From an uncultured Alphaproteobacteria bacterium (lineage in GTDB: Bacteria > Pseudomonadota > Alphaproteobacteria > Rhizobiales > Xanthobacteraceae), in NCBI GenBank assembly GCA_963791955.1, contig CAWBUO010000005.1, positions 72,467-136,466 on the forward strand: a DNA stretch of 64,000 nucleotides. The letters run 5' to 3'. The notes under the pieces are model-generated. The model was given only the letters and a program-made list of their open reading frames with translations, was not told the DNA's origin and ran no database searches. The position numbers and the translations under genes are program-made. Positions 47,707 through 56,780 of the stretch are shown here, one piece after another. Every line of letters begins with the position of its first letter. Within the stretch, counting starts at the first letter, position 1.

Positions 47707-48510
47707 ATGTTTCCCGAAGACTATCCGCTGCAAGAGCCCTTCTCGGATCAAGCTCGGCTATATCACGCCGAGGTCATGCGGCGCGGTGCTTCGATTATTG
47801 GTGAGGAACTGCGGTATGGATCCGACCCCTACCAAAGCATGTGCGTTTTTCGTGCGGCCCAGCCAAATGGCGGGGTGTTGGCATTCTTTCACGGGGGCGG
47901 TTGGACCAACGGCTATAAAGAGTGGATGGCGTTCATTGCGCCGTGTTTGACCAACGCTGGAATTACCTTTGCGACGGTTGGTTATCGTCTTGCTCCCGGT
48001 CATCTCTTTCCATCGGGCTTTGACGATGCTTGCGCAGGTGTGGGTCGGCTCGCCGACAGCGCGGCGCAGCTCGCCGGCGGTCAACACCGTCTGTTTGTCG
48101 GGGGCCACTCAGCCGGCGGTCATTATGCGGCGCTCATGGCGCTGACTCAGCCAACTTTGAATATTCGAGGATGTCTTCCGATATCCGGTGTCTACGATTT
48201 CGGGCCGCAATCCGGGCTGTCTACCCGCCCGCGCTTCCTTGGCGCGCCGGAACTCAAGCACGAGGTTGCTGCTAGTCCGATTGAGCATGTTGGTGAAAAT
48301 CCTTGTCCGTTCCTGATCGCCTACGGCAGCGAGGATTTTCCACACCTTATGCGGCAAGCGGAGCGTTTCGCTGACAAACTTGCGGCCGCCGGCGGTGATG
48401 TCCAACGTCTCGTCCTTAATGGCTGTAACCACTTCACCGCCAGCTACGCGGCGGGCGACCCGGACGGTCCGTGGGCATCAAAGGCGATCGAGTGGATCAA
48501 GCAGCATTAA
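47707..48510 (+). CDS. Alpha/beta hydrolase (Abhydrolase_3 / arylformamidase-esterase type)
   Basis: FFHGGGWTNG oxyanion motif and nucleophile elbow GHSAGGH. ATG 47707 is preferred over TTG 47692. Confidence 0.75.
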   Translation: MFPEDYPLQEPFSDQARLYHAEVMRRGASIIGEELRYGSDPYQSMCVFRAAQPNGGVLAFFHGGGWTNGYKEWMAFIAPCLTNAGITFATVGYRLAPGHLFPSGFDDACAGVGRLADSAAQLAGGQHRLFVGGHSAGGHYAALMALTQPTLNIRGCLPISGVYDFGPQSGLSTRPRFLGAPELKHEVAASPIEHVGENPCPFLIAYGSEDFPHLMRQAERFADKLAAAGGDVQRLVLNGCNHFTASYAAGDPDGPWASKAIEWIKQH

Positions 48511-48546
48511 AACTACCGACGATGTGGACACCACGCTAACTGAGGT

Positions 48547-49275
48547 TTAGCAGCTCGGACCCAGCTCGCGCGTGCCGGGATAATATGTTCTTGCGAAGGC
48601 CGGCCGTTGTTGCAAGCGCGCGAACCAATCGATGACATGAGGCAAATCGGCCCAGAGATGGGTTAGATCGAGATCCTGCATCCTCACCACACTCGGCATG
48701 ATGCTTATGTCGGCGAGCGTGAACATGTCGTTGGCAAGCCACTGTGTTTGGCTAAGCGATCGCTCCATTCTCTCAAGCGTTTGTCGCAGCCGATCTAGCG
48801 CCGCGTCGATCTCGTCTTTTGAAAACCCGGTTCGCCCCATCTTCAGATAGAAGTGCTTTCGTAAGGGAAGCCGCTCCACGTAAGCGCGGAATTGCTCGTC
48901 TGTCATACCGGACCAGATAGGTACGAAGAACGAATTGAAAGACGGGTACCGGATCGATGTTGTCGGTACCTCGTCAATGTACTGGCGCCATGCCCGCATG
49001 TGCGCGAGTTCGACTGGATTGATCGGACGCAGCGGATGCTCTGGGAAAACATCGTCTATGTATTCGTTGATCACCGACGAATCGCCGATCACGTTGCCGT
49101 TGTGAACTAACGTGGGCACGACACCGTTCGGATTGAGTTTGAGGTACCAATCGGAGAGATGATCGTTTCGGGCGAAGAAGATAATGCGGTCCGTCCAGGG
49201 TAGGTCTTTTTCGATCAGCGCCATACGCACTTTTTGACTGCACGTTGAAACCGGTGAGTTATAAAGTTCGATCAT
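48547..49275 (-). CDS. Glutathione S-transferase family protein
   Basis: MIELYNSPVSTCSQKVRMAL...NPNGVVPTLVHNGNVIGDSSVINEYI (thioredoxin-like GSH site); last gene of the hydroxylase operon. Confidence 0.8.
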   Translation of the reverse strand: MIELYNSPVSTCSQKVRMALIEKDLPWTDRIIFFARNDHLSDWYLKLNPNGVVPTLVHNGNVIGDSSVINEYIDDVFPEHPLRPINPVELAHMRAWRQYIDEVPTTSIRYPSFNSFFVPIWSGMTDEQFRAYVERLPLRKHFYLKMGRTGFSKDEIDAALDRLRQTLERMERSLSQTQWLANDMFTLADISIMPSVVRMQDLDLTHLWADLPHVIDWFARLQQRPAFARTYYPGTRELGPSC

Positions 49276-49337
49276 GGCCTGCGCTGTAACGGGTGTTGAG
49301 TGCAAACGCGCGTTTAGATTACGCGTGTCGCCTACAT

Positions 49338-51656
49338 TCAGCTCATAGGAGCCTTCGGCTGGCCGGTTTCCAGCATCGCGGTAAGGATCCGCTCAGGTGT
49401 CAGCGGCAGCCGGCGCAATCTGATTCCGGTGGCAGCGGTAACGCCGTTAGCGATAGCGGGAGCAACCGAGCAGATTGGGATCTCACCAATTCCCTTGGCA
49501 CCGAACGGACCGTCCGGTTCCGGATCTTCTATCAATAGCGGATGGATCTGATGCGGAACGTCGAGGGTCGTCGCGATCTTGTAGTCCATCAGGCTAGGAT
49601 TGGCGATCCGGGGGCCGTCCCACACCATTTCTTCAAACAACGCGAATCCCAATCCTTGGACAAAGCCGCCCTGAATTTGACCTTCGACCGACATCGGATT
49701 AATGGCCTTGCCGACATCACAAGCCGACCATGCTTCCAGCACCGTGGTCTTGCCGGTTGCTTCGTCGATTTCCACGTCGCAAACAACCGTATTGAATGAG
49801 AAAACGCCGATCTGCGGGAACGGTAGGCCGCTGGCAATCGTACGTTTCGGATCGATTGTCGGCTTGTTGTAGATGAGGCTTTCCGCGCCGATGATCGGCC
49901 CGCCGGCGGCCCAGTGTGCGCGGAGGGAAACATCCTGAAACGTGAGTTCCTTTTGCGGTATGCCGACTATACCGACGCGCCCGCCTTGGCGTAATTCCAG
50001 ATCAGCAACGCCACATTCCAGCATATCGGCAGCATGTTCTTTGATTTTGTGCGCGACCTCGTTGGCCGCGCCGACAACCGCACGCCCGGTCATGTAGGTG
50101 ACGCGACTTGCGGTCGTGCCCCAGTTGAACGGTGAGCCATCGGTGTCAGGGCTTGCGAGCGCAACATTGGCGACCGGAATTTGGAGCGCCTCGGCGCAAA
50201 TCTGCGGCAGCACCGTATCCGAGCCCTGACCGATATCAACGGCACCGGTATTGAGCACGACCGTGCCGTCCTCCAGCAGGCGGATGATTGCGCCAGTCGC
50301 GAGTAGTCCGCAGATATGCGCCGTTGAGGCAACGCCAAGCGCGCGCCGTCGACCCGGAGCGACCGTCAGGCTTTGGCGTTCATCCCAACGTGAGGCGCGA
50401 CGGGCGCTGTGCAGGGATTTGATGAATCCGTCGGAATGGATCGCGCCGCCGCCGACCCATTGGTCGCCAGCGCGCACGGCGTTTTTCTCCCGGAGGTCAA
50501 TTGGATCAATGCCAAGCCTTGCCGCGATCTCGTCGATTTGGACCTCGGTCGCAAAGGTCACCTGCGGATTGCCGAAACCGCGGAAAGCGCCGAAGCGAAG
50601 CTTGTTGGTGTAAAAAAGCCGTCCCAATGACCGGAAATTGGCGATACGGTACGGTCCGCGCGCCATCCATAGGGAAAAGCCCATAACGCCGGGGCTATCG
50701 TCCCCGTATGCACCGCAATCGATGACCGCCTCAACCTCGCGGGCAACTAGCGTGCCGTCCCTGAGCGCACCGGTCTTGGCGCGAATTTTATAGGGGTGTC
50801 TCAGGCGTACGAGCTCGAAGTCCTCTTCGCGGCTAAGCACCATTTTAACTGGTTTGCCGGTCGCGAGGGCGAGCGCTGCGGCCATGCCTTGAACGTGCAT
50901 TTCCATCTTGTTGCCGAAGCCGCCGCCAACCCGCGGCGTGACGCAACGCACCCTAGACATCGGCAAGCCGAGCGCGTCACAAACATTTGCCTGAACCCGA
51001 AACACCGACTGGTTTGCCGACCAGATCGTAACCCGACCGGCAGCATCGATCTCTGCCAAAGCCCCACACGGCTCGATGGCTACATGGGCTTGCGCCTGGG
51101 TCTCAAATTCGTTTTCCACGATGACGTCACAGGTTGCCCAAGCGGCATCCACGTCTCCCTCAGAAAATCGGCATTCCCACGCCAGGTTGCCGCCACACTC
51201 GGTTTCAAAAATGCGGAAGTTCTTAGTGTTGTCGTCGTGGACTAGGGGCGCGCCGGGAGCCATCGCTTCCTCTGGGCTGAGTACGGCGGAGAGCTCCTCG
51301 TAGGTCACATCTATGAGCTGCGCGGCACGCCGCGCCGTCGCTTCATCTTCAGCCGCCACTAGACATACGGCTTCGCCAACGAAACGCACCTTCTGTTTGG
51401 CGAGAACGCATTCGTCCTTGATGAAGGGGCCAAATTTCCCATTTGCGACATCGTTTCCTGTGAGAACGCAGGCGACGCCTGGAACCGCAAGTGCAGCCGA
51501 GATGTCGTATGACAAGATCCGGGCGTGCGCATAGGGGCTTTTGAGGATGGCTCCGTGCAGCATTCCAGGTCGGTAAATGTCGGCGATGTAAGTCGCACGC
51601 CCGCTGGTTTTCTCAGCGGCGTCAAGACGCGGGAGATTTCGCCCGACCTCTTTCAT
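49338..51656 (-). CDS. Xanthine dehydrogenase-family molybdopterin-binding large subunit
   Basis: 772 aa with the GAFRGFGNPQ motif (XDH type). The CODH-type AYRCSFR and AYRGAGR motifs are absent. Confidence 0.9.
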   Translation of the reverse strand: MKEVGRNLPRLDAAEKTSGRATYIADIYRPGMLHGAILKSPYAHARILSYDISAALAVPGVACVLTGNDVANGKFGPFIKDECVLAKQKVRFVGEAVCLVAAEDEATARRAAQLIDVTYEELSAVLSPEEAMAPGAPLVHDDNTKNFRIFETECGGNLAWECRFSEGDVDAAWATCDVIVENEFETQAQAHVAIEPCGALAEIDAAGRVTIWSANQSVFRVQANVCDALGLPMSRVRCVTPRVGGGFGNKMEMHVQGMAAALALATGKPVKMVLSREEDFELVRLRHPYKIRAKTGALRDGTLVAREVEAVIDCGAYGDDSPGVMGFSLWMARGPYRIANFRSLGRLFYTNKLRFGAFRGFGNPQVTFATEVQIDEIAARLGIDPIDLREKNAVRAGDQWVGGGAIHSDGFIKSLHSARRASRWDERQSLTVAPGRRRALGVASTAHICGLLATGAIIRLLEDGTVVLNTGAVDIGQGSDTVLPQICAEALQIPVANVALASPDTDGSPFNWGTTASRVTYMTGRAVVGAANEVAHKIKEHAADMLECGVADLELRQGGRVGIVGIPQKELTFQDVSLRAHWAAGGPIIGAESLIYNKPTIDPKRTIASGLPFPQIGVFSFNTVVCDVEIDEATGKTTVLEAWSACDVGKAINPMSVEGQIQGGFVQGLGFALFEEMVWDGPRIANPSLMDYKIATTLDVPHQIHPLLIEDPEPDGPFGAKGIGEIPICSVAPAIANGVTAATGIRLRRLPLTPERILTAMLETGQPKAPMS

Positions 51657-52129
51657 TGGGCGACCTCACCGCCAGCGCGACAGACTGCTTCAACAATTTT
51701 GATGTAGCCTGAGCAGCGGCACAGGTTTCCGGATAGAGCTGCCCTTGCCTCATCGGCACTCGGATGCGGATTTTGGCGCAGTAGCGAGTGTGCGGAAACA
51801 AGTACTCCCGAGGTGCAAAAGCCACACTGCACTGCGCCATTCTCGGTCAGAGCCTGCTGCAGGGGAGCGAGTTCGCGGGTCTGAGCCAAACCTTCAACCG
51901 TCGTGATCGGCCGATCCACCAGGTTCACCGCTAGCGACAGGCAGCTGCGGACAGGCTGGTCGGCCACAAGAACTGTACACGCCCCGCAAACGCCCTGGTT
52001 GCAGCCCCGCTTCGCGCCGGTTAAGGCAAGCTCATCACGTAAAACGGTGAGTAGTGTCGTGGTTGGCATCGCACGGACACTGCGTCGGCGGCCATTGATG
52101 GTGAGATTCACAAGTTGTTCGCCGTTCAC
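51653..52129 (-). CDS. (2Fe-2S)-binding small subunit of the molybdenum hydroxylase
   Basis: CNQGVCGACTV and CGFCTSG...CRCSGY clusters; 4-nt overlaps on both sides. Confidence 0.9.
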   Translation of the reverse strand: MNGEQLVNLTINGRRRSVRAMPTTTLLTVLRDELALTGAKRGCNQGVCGACTVLVADQPVRSCLSLAVNLVDRPITTVEGLAQTRELAPLQQALTENGAVQCGFCTSGVLVSAHSLLRQNPHPSADEARAALSGNLCRCSGYIKIVEAVCRAGGEVAQ

Positions 52130-52983
52130 GGCTCGTCTCCGATAGCGGCCCGAGCGCGCCGGATGGTCTTTGCAAGCAGCCGGGGAATGACTCGCCGCCG
52201 GTAGTCGGCGCTGGCACGAACATCATCGACTGGATCGCATGCCGCCGCCAGGATGTCGCCAGCCGCTTCGATTGCCGCATCTTCGAGACGACTGCCTTCA
52301 AGTAATTTTTCGGCTTCGCTCCGCCGCACCGGACCCGGGGCACATGCCCCAATCGCCACGCGCGCGACACGGCATACGTCATGTTCCATCGCCAAAATCA
52401 CCGCGACCGAAACGACAGCGAAATCGCCTGCTGTGCGTTCGAGTTTTTCAAACACACCGACGGTTCCTTCGGGCGCAGGAGGAACCACGACACGGATAAT
52501 AATATCAGCAGGAGCCAGCACGGTCGTGTACCAGTCGACGATCAGCTCGTTGATCGGCACAGTTCGGGGACCGCTTGCTGAAGCCACCTCGATTGCCGCA
52601 TCGATCGCCGCCAGAGCCGGCAAATAATCCGCTGCTGGATCGGCGAAGGCGAGAGAGCCGCCGATTGTTCCCATATTGCGGACCGGTACATTGGCGATCT
52701 TTACCGCGGCCGCGGGCAACACTCTTTGGCCGCTGCGAAAGACTCTCGAGCGCGATGTTTCAACATGACGGGTCATTGCGCCGATCTGCACGGATCCATC
52801 AGGCGAAACCGTTATTCCGGTAAGGTCGTGGAGGTCAGCGAGACTGACCAGGCCAGACGGCTCTACTAAGCCCGCGTTCATCATAGCAACAAGTGTCGCG
52901 CCACCCGCTAGGCAGCGCGCGCCATCATGTTGAGTGAGAAACGACACGGCTTCGGCAACACTTGTTGGTCGGTAAAAATCCAT
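52126..52983 (-). CDS. FAD-binding medium subunit of the molybdenum hydroxylase (CoxM-like)
   Basis: MDFYRPTSVAEAVSFL...RCLAGGATLVAMMNAGL (FAD_binding_5 pattern). Confidence 0.85.
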   Translation of the reverse strand: MDFYRPTSVAEAVSFLTQHDGARCLAGGATLVAMMNAGLVEPSGLVSLADLHDLTGITVSPDGSVQIGAMTRHVETSRSRVFRSGQRVLPAAAVKIANVPVRNMGTIGGSLAFADPAADYLPALAAIDAAIEVASASGPRTVPINELIVDWYTTVLAPADIIIRVVVPPAPEGTVGVFEKLERTAGDFAVVSVAVILAMEHDVCRVARVAIGACAPGPVRRSEAEKLLEGSRLEDAAIEAAGDILAAACDPVDDVRASADYRRRVIPRLLAKTIRRARAAIGDEP

Positions 52984-52989
52984 CGGCGT

Positions 52990-53451
52990 TCACGTTACGG
53001 GGGAAGGAGCTTCGACGCGCGCCTTGAATGCCGCGGCGAAATCGCGACCCAGACTTTCAGCCTTTTTCTTCATCACGCCGAGGCCAAATTTCCCGAGCCG
53101 ACCGACGACCGAAACCTCGGAAGCATAACTGACTTCTGTTTCGTTCGGACTTCGCTCTACGAGGCGCAAGATATTCTCGGCCGAGATCGAGCTGGCACGG
53201 CTGCCTTCTTCCCCACGCGTGCGCGACCGCAATTCTTCGGGTGGCTTCTGCGCAGTCAGTTCTACGTCGACGTTAAAGTCCGCTTTGATGACCCCCAATT
53301 GCACCCGGACCTTGGCCTTGTAAAGCGTCGGGCTCGATACTGTGACGCCCTGGCATCCCGGGACACAAGGCGCGACAACGGCTGGATCGATTATTGCAGC
53401 CCAGACTCGCTCGCGCGGCGCGGCGACGATGAATCGGTCCTCAATGCGCAT
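52990..53451 (-). CDS. CoxG-like SRPBCC protein (putative fourth hydroxylase component)
   Basis: MRIEDRFIVAAPRERVWAAIIDPAVVAPCVPGCQGV...VVGRLGKFGLGVMKKKAESL. Confidence 0.8.
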   Translation of the reverse strand: MRIEDRFIVAAPRERVWAAIIDPAVVAPCVPGCQGVTVSSPTLYKAKVRVQLGVIKADFNVDVELTAQKPPEELRSRTRGEEGSRASSISAENILRLVERSPNETEVSYASEVSVVGRLGKFGLGVMKKKAESLGRDFAAAFKARVEAPSPVT

Positions 53452-53461
53452 GGTTAGGCCC

Positions 53462-54544
53462 TTACCGAGCCTGGCGCGGGACTATCATCGCGGGATCCGT
53501 TAGGCGGCCCGCTGCGATGATCGTTTTGCCGTCAAGTTCGACGGTACAGCCGCGCATCGGTACGTCATAATGGCCACGAGTCGAACGATTGCCGCCTCCT
53601 TGAGTGTTCGGACCAGTGGAAAAAAGGAAGTTGCCCGGGAATACCCGGGCCGCGGCCCGATTGCGCTCAGGCTGGTCGCCATGCAAACCCATCCAATACC
53701 AGCGAGCCTGAGGATTCATGCCCCAGCCGAGATGAGACAGCGCGTACGGATCGCGGTCATCTTCGCTGGCTTTTCCATCTTCGAGCCACTCGCGCATCAG
53801 ATTGGCATCGAGACCGCCATCGAGATCGACAATGTGCCCGTCGCGAATTTTGAGTCGGATCGGATCGGTAACGTAGCGGCAATAGGGGAGAATGATCATG
53901 TCCCCGGGGGAGATCGTGACTGTCCCCTGTGCCGAGCCTTCATTCGGGAAAGTGTGAATGTGACCGGCACCCCAAAGGTCGAAATGGCCAGGTTCGTCTG
54001 CGTAGCCCCACTGCGTCATAACTGGATATTCGCCGCACTCATACGCCAAATCCGTGCCGTCAGAACGAGTGACACGCACGCGGCGTGTTTTGCGATAAAG
54101 CGACTCAGCGTACTTCATAGCCTCCTTCAAGCCGGGCGGCGACATCAGTTCCTCAAGATCATCGGGCGCATCATGGACCATCAGCACACGCGTGCCGCTC
54201 TCCATCACCTTCTTCAGCCACGATGTGAAAAGCGGAATGTGGAAGATCAGCACCATGTCGGCCGCACAGAGTGCTTCAAGCGTTCCTTTGCAGCGGCCAA
54301 TTGTCGGAACACCCACCTTCGTCCAGGAGGGGGTCGTGCTCACTGTCATTTCATAAATATCCGCGCCAAGTTCGTTTGCCGCGACGAAGGCTGCTTCAAC
54401 GTATTCCTGCCTCGTTGCGAGATCGCTTACGACCGCGATCGTCTCACCCTTCGTCACTCGGCAGAGCTCGAGTTGTTGTCGAAACAATCCTGGCAACTGA
54501 GCAGGATTAAGTTCTTGGGGCCGCCGTGCCGCTTCGACGCGCAT
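53462..54544 (-). CDS. nicX: NicX-like 2,5-dihydroxypyridine 5,6-dioxygenase, paralog 2 (first gene of the hydroxylase operon)
   Basis: PYALSHLGWGM and GNFLFSTGPNTQGGGNRSTRGHYDVPMRGC. Long identical runs with paralog 1 (GADIYEM, TKVGVPTIG, ECGEYPVMTQWG, WGAGHIHTFPNEGSA). Start MRVEAARRPQELNP aligns with the paralog 1 N-terminus. Confidence 0.75.
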   Translation of the reverse strand: MRVEAARRPQELNPAQLPGLFRQQLELCRVTKGETIAVVSDLATRQEYVEAAFVAANELGADIYEMTVSTTPSWTKVGVPTIGRCKGTLEALCAADMVLIFHIPLFTSWLKKVMESGTRVLMVHDAPDDLEELMSPPGLKEAMKYAESLYRKTRRVRVTRSDGTDLAYECGEYPVMTQWGYADEPGHFDLWGAGHIHTFPNEGSAQGTVTISPGDMIILPYCRYVTDPIRLKIRDGHIVDLDGGLDANLMREWLEDGKASEDDRDPYALSHLGWGMNPQARWYWMGLHGDQPERNRAAARVFPGNFLFSTGPNTQGGGNRSTRGHYDVPMRGCTVELDGKTIIAAGRLTDPAMIVPRQAR

Positions 54545-54599
54545 AGCCGAAATCCTTTCCACGCAAGATACTTCAATGTACAAATCGCTCGGAACGGGT

Positions 54600-54631
54600 G
54601 TCAATAGCGAGGGTCACTCTCTTTTTGATTT
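54600..54631 (+). promoter_or_regulatory. Operator-like motif, copy 1 (nicX2 / tetR divergent intergenic region)
   Basis: GTCAATAGCGAGGGTCACTCTCTTTTTGATTT is 30/32 identical to 60738-60769. It contains the imperfect dyad TCAA..GAGGGT-N-ACTCTC..TTGA. Confidence 0.45.
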
Positions 54632-54642
54632 GGCGGAAAGGA

Positions 54643-55269
54643 ATGGGAGGCGTGGTACAGGTCAAGAAAGCTGAGGTCCGAGACGCTATTCTCAAAAGCG
54701 CGTTTCGGCTGTTCAAGCGCAAAGGTTACATCAATACGACGACCGCGCAGATCGCCGCGGGCGCGAAGGTTTCCGAGTTTAACCTTTACATTTATTTTGG
54801 CTCAAAGTTCGAGATTTTGTTCGCGATTTGCGATCCGTGGATGCGCCAGCGTGTTCAACGTCTTGAGGATCGGCTGGGGGCAGAGACCGACCCCAGGCGG
54901 CGGTTGCAAATCATTCTCGCCACGCTGTGGCGAGAAATGCCGACCGATGACAATGGTTTTCCCAACAGCCTCATGCAAGCGCTCGCGACTACGGCCCGCC
55001 GCGAGGGCTACCGACCTGACTTGCTGCGTTGGATCGAAGAACGTGTCGAAGCCTTGATTTTGGAGTCTCTGCCCGTGTCGAGACGACGGCAGCTCGCTCG
55101 GGGGGGGCTCGCCCATCTTCTGATGATGGCGCAGGACGGCTTCGTTCTTAACCACCATCTGAATCCGGATAGCATCTGCCCGGACGCCACAGTCGACCTT
55201 GTCTGCGACCTTCTGCTCGGCAATCACGTGCAGGGGCAACTGAGTCCCAAAAGCGCTTCCATGGTTTGA
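54643..55269 (+). CDS. TetR/AcrR family transcriptional regulator (divergent from the nicX2 operon)
   Basis: RDAILKSAFRLFKRKGYINTTTAQIAAGAKVSEFNLYIYFGSKFEIL. Confidence 0.8.
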   Translation: MGGVVQVKKAEVRDAILKSAFRLFKRKGYINTTTAQIAAGAKVSEFNLYIYFGSKFEILFAICDPWMRQRVQRLEDRLGAETDPRRRLQIILATLWREMPTDDNGFPNSLMQALATTARREGYRPDLLRWIEERVEALILESLPVSRRRQLARGGLAHLLMMAQDGFVLNHHLNPDSICPDATVDLVCDLLLGNHVQGQLSPKSASMV

Positions 55270-55303
55270 CAGCAATCAGTTGCCGTCACGCTAAGCTCTT
55301 TGA

Positions 55304-56047
55304 TCAAGGCGCGGATCGAAAGGTTGCGGCCAGTTCTTTCTCCAAGCCCTTAGGATCTTCCCGCAGACGCCGTTCCAGTTCGTACGAATAGTCATGGAGC
55401 CAGATATCTTCTTCGCCGGCGACGACCGCGTCCAGGGCGCGTTCCGCTACCTCGGTTGGCGACGTCTTCACTCCCTGGAATGGTCCACTCATTACGGTGT
55501 CGACGGCCCAGGGCAGCACTAGAGCCACTTTTGTGCCCTGCGCCATCAATTCCGCGCGCACACCCTCCGATAGTCGCAGCAGTGCGGCCTTGCTGGCGCA
55601 ATACGAGCCAAGGTTCGGCAATGTCACTTTGCCGAGAATTGAAGCGACATTGATGATGGCGCTTCCGCCGAATTGCCGATGCGCCGCGAGTATCGGGGCG
55701 AACGCGCGGCACATGGCGAGCGTACCAAGATAATTCGTTTCAATCTCGCGACGAGCTGATGCCATTGAAGGCGCGGCTATAAAAGGGGCCCGGAGATTCA
55801 CGCCCGCATTGTTGATAAGGAGTTGAACATCAGAGGCGGATTTCGCTGCCCCCGCGGTCGATGCCTCGTCAGTAATGTCAAGATCCACAGGAACGATGCG
55901 CGAATCTGCGACCGCGTCATCATTTCTTCCTGGCAGATCCGCCGCATAAACGCGGCGAGCGCCACGTTTTATTAGAGCGGCGACAAAGCATCTCCCGATG
56001 CCGCCGTGCGCGCCAGTAACGAAGGCGGTTGTCCCTGCGATGTCCAT
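55304..56047 (-). CDS. SDR family oxidoreductase
   Basis: TGAHGGIG, NNAG and YCASK. The internal start MDIAGTTAFVTG was chosen because the long upstream extension overlaps the ATPase gene. Confidence 0.85.
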   Translation of the reverse strand: MDIAGTTAFVTGAHGGIGRCFVAALIKRGARRVYAADLPGRNDDAVADSRIVPVDLDITDEASTAGAAKSASDVQLLINNAGVNLRAPFIAAPSMASARREIETNYLGTLAMCRAFAPILAAHRQFGGSAIINVASILGKVTLPNLGSYCASKAALLRLSEGVRAELMAQGTKVALVLPWAVDTVMSGPFQGVKTSPTEVAERALDAVVAGEEDIWLHDYSYELERRLREDPKGLEKELAATFRSAP

Positions 56048-56060
56048 CTTTCTTGGCCCC

Positions 56061-56780
56061 TCAAATTCCCATATAGGCGGAACGCACCCTCGGATCCTGT
56101 GATAGTGCGTCAGCGGCGTCAGAAAGAACAATGCGACCGTTTTCCATGACATGTCCTGTTGCAGCGAGCGCCAGCGCCTGCGGGACATTTTGCTCGGCCA
56201 TAAGAATGGTGAACCCACGTGCGGCTAAGTCCGCGACGGTGCGATAAATGGTCGAGCACATCGCTGGCGCCAGACCCAGTGTCGGTTCGTCGAGCAGCAG
56301 CAATTCCGGCCGCGACATCAGCCCGCGTGCAATTGCCAACATTTGCTGCTCACCACCGGACAAAGTACCAGCCGACTGTCGAGAACGCTCCGCGAGTCGC
56401 GGGAACAGTGCATACATTTCCTCCAGACGCTCCGATAAGCCGCTCCGCCCACGCCGCGTGATGCCGCCGAGGCGCAAATTTTCCGCTACGTTCAATCCGG
56501 GAAATACCAGCCGTCCTTCGGGCACAAGTGCGATGCCGCGTTCGACCCGTTCGTTTGGAGCGAGCCTTGTTATGTCGGTTCCCGCCACCACGATGCGTCC
56601 GGCAATCGGCGGCAAAAGGCCGGCGATGCTGCGCATCAGAGTTGTCTTTCCGGCGCCGTTAGCGCCCAGAAGCGCGGTGATACGACCTTTCGGGGCATCC
56701 AGCGAAACACCGTGTAGAATGCGGACGTGTCCGTATCCTGCTTCAAGGTTACTGATTTCAAGCATCGCCATGACTGCCAA
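56061..56780 (-). CDS. ABC transporter ATP-binding protein (LivF-like)
   Basis: GANGAGKTT, LSGGEQQ, LLLLDEPT. The exact start is uncertain (three Met codons within the first 6 codons). Confidence 0.85.
   Translation of the reverse strand: MAVMAMLEISNLEAGYGHVRILHGVSLDAPKGRITALLGANGAGKTTLMRSIAGLLPPIAGRIVVAGTDITRLAPNERVERGIALVPEGRLVFPGLNVAENLRLGGITRRGRSGLSERLEEMYALFPRLAERSRQSAGTLSGGEQQMLAIARGLMSRPELLLLDEPTLGLAPAMCSTIYRTVADLAARGFTILMAEQNVPQALALAATGHVMENGRIVLSDAADALSQDPRVRSAYMGI

Noticed and set aside
49338-53451. Annotating the coxG/M/S/L-like genes as aerobic carbon monoxide dehydrogenase
   Set aside because: The large subunit has the XDH-type GAFRGFG motif and lacks the CODH active-site loops (AYRCSFR / AYRGAGR). 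No coxDEF accessory genes are present. The context is N-heterocycle catabolism.
53570-54607. 345-aa plus-strand ORF opposite nicX2
   Set aside because: It is fully antisense to the well-supported NicX-like gene. It has no recognisable domain and an Arg/His-rich composition.
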